The position numbers and the translations under genes were made by a program. Source: Podarcis muralis (Eukaryota). Taken from it: DNA of 64,000 nt. Under the pieces are notes generated by a model, which saw only the letters and a program-made list of their open reading frames with translations, was not told where the DNA came from and ran no database searches. This document shows, in pieces, positions 63,111-64,000 of the stretch (position 1 is the first letter of the stretch; each line of letters starts with the position of its first letter). The DNA is taken from assembly GCF_964188315.1 (NCBI RefSeq), contig NC_135660.1:19282001-19346000 (forward strand). The letters run 5' to 3'.

Positions 63111-64000
63111 GCTATGCACTTTTGAGGTAACCTATGCAGGGCCATCTTTACCCTGTGGTGCAAGGGGTGTGGGGCACCTGGGCACCGAATTCTGGGGGCC
63201 CCAGGCACCTGACGTTGAAGCCACCTAAGCTCTTAACTATCTACATGTAATGAAATAATAAATAATTATTATAATTATGATCAAGCTAGAAAAACAAAAT
63301 ACATATATACCTAGGTATTACCGAAATGTATCAACTTTATGTGCTCATTTACCAAAAATGCGCCGCGCTAGCGGCGGCGCTTGTCATTCACAATGGTGCC
63401 GCTTGTTAGACTCAACGATTTGGGGGTGCTGGGCGGATTTTTGCACCCCAGCGGCACATATGCTAAAGACTCCCCTGAATCTATGGAGAAACATTTGCAT
63501 GTTCCCTCTTTTACAAGTGCAGGATCTCTTCATGATAGTCACAGCCGTGCCACTTCTAAGATCATGCAATAATCTTATATTTATACAATTATACAATAAA
63601 AATTAGGGGTGCATTGCAACAACTGTTGCTATTCTCCACGGGTTGCCTTTCTGCAAGATCTACTATTTTCTCTGTGCATGCGTGGACAAATTATTGCGAG
63701 TACGCCAACATGTTCTTGACTTGTGTTTTCTACGAAGTTCCATTGATCATGACAGAGCATGTAGACCATTCTTATGAAATTGAAGCACATGGTGTCCTCA
63801 CTCTGTGTACTTAAATGCTTGACTTTGGAGCATACAGCTGCTAAGAAGATCCCCTTTCATGTGGCCCTTTCCAACCGCATTGGGAACATGTTCCTTCCCT
63901 CAAAGAATTCTGGGCACTGCCGTTTGTTGACGGGGGTGGGGGTGGGAATTCTAACTCTGCAAGGTGTAAACTTCAAGGCCCAGAATTCTTTGAGGGAAAG

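Overview
Vertebrate genomic DNA from a squamate reptile, probably a lacertid lizard (inferred from Sauria SINEs, Bov-B 3' ends and lizard-type MITEs), with three N gaps. Two secreted collagen-C1q genes lie in tandem on the minus strand. The first is a complete 4-exon OTOL1 (otolin-1, 475 aa; 17447-23259). The second, upstream, is a diverged otolin-like paralog (about 440 aa; 40577-45419) with a long Ser/Thr-rich N-terminus, two glycine substitutions in the collagen register, an awkward splice acceptor and no acidic Ca2+-site residues. The most unusual structure is at 758-7226. A 5'-truncated L1-clade LINE with an intact 1253-aa ORF2 is bracketed by a 1197-bp direct duplication with one mismatch, which starts exactly at a TT/AA endonuclease-type site and abuts the poly(A) tail. 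Each copy of the duplication contains a 683-bp non-autonomous hAT element (perfect TIRs, 8-bp TSD) whose interior is a captured CpG-rich 5' fragment resembling RANBP9 exon 1, i.e. a Pack-type DNA transposon. The rest is TE-rich intergenic/intronic DNA: Sauria SINEs, Bov-B, Tigger-like and hAT MITEs, an internally deleted Gypsy element with a related solo LTR, a Penelope-like remnant, a CCHC-LINE remnant, microsatellites and a template-switch hairpin. All family and gene names come from recognition of motifs; no database search was run.
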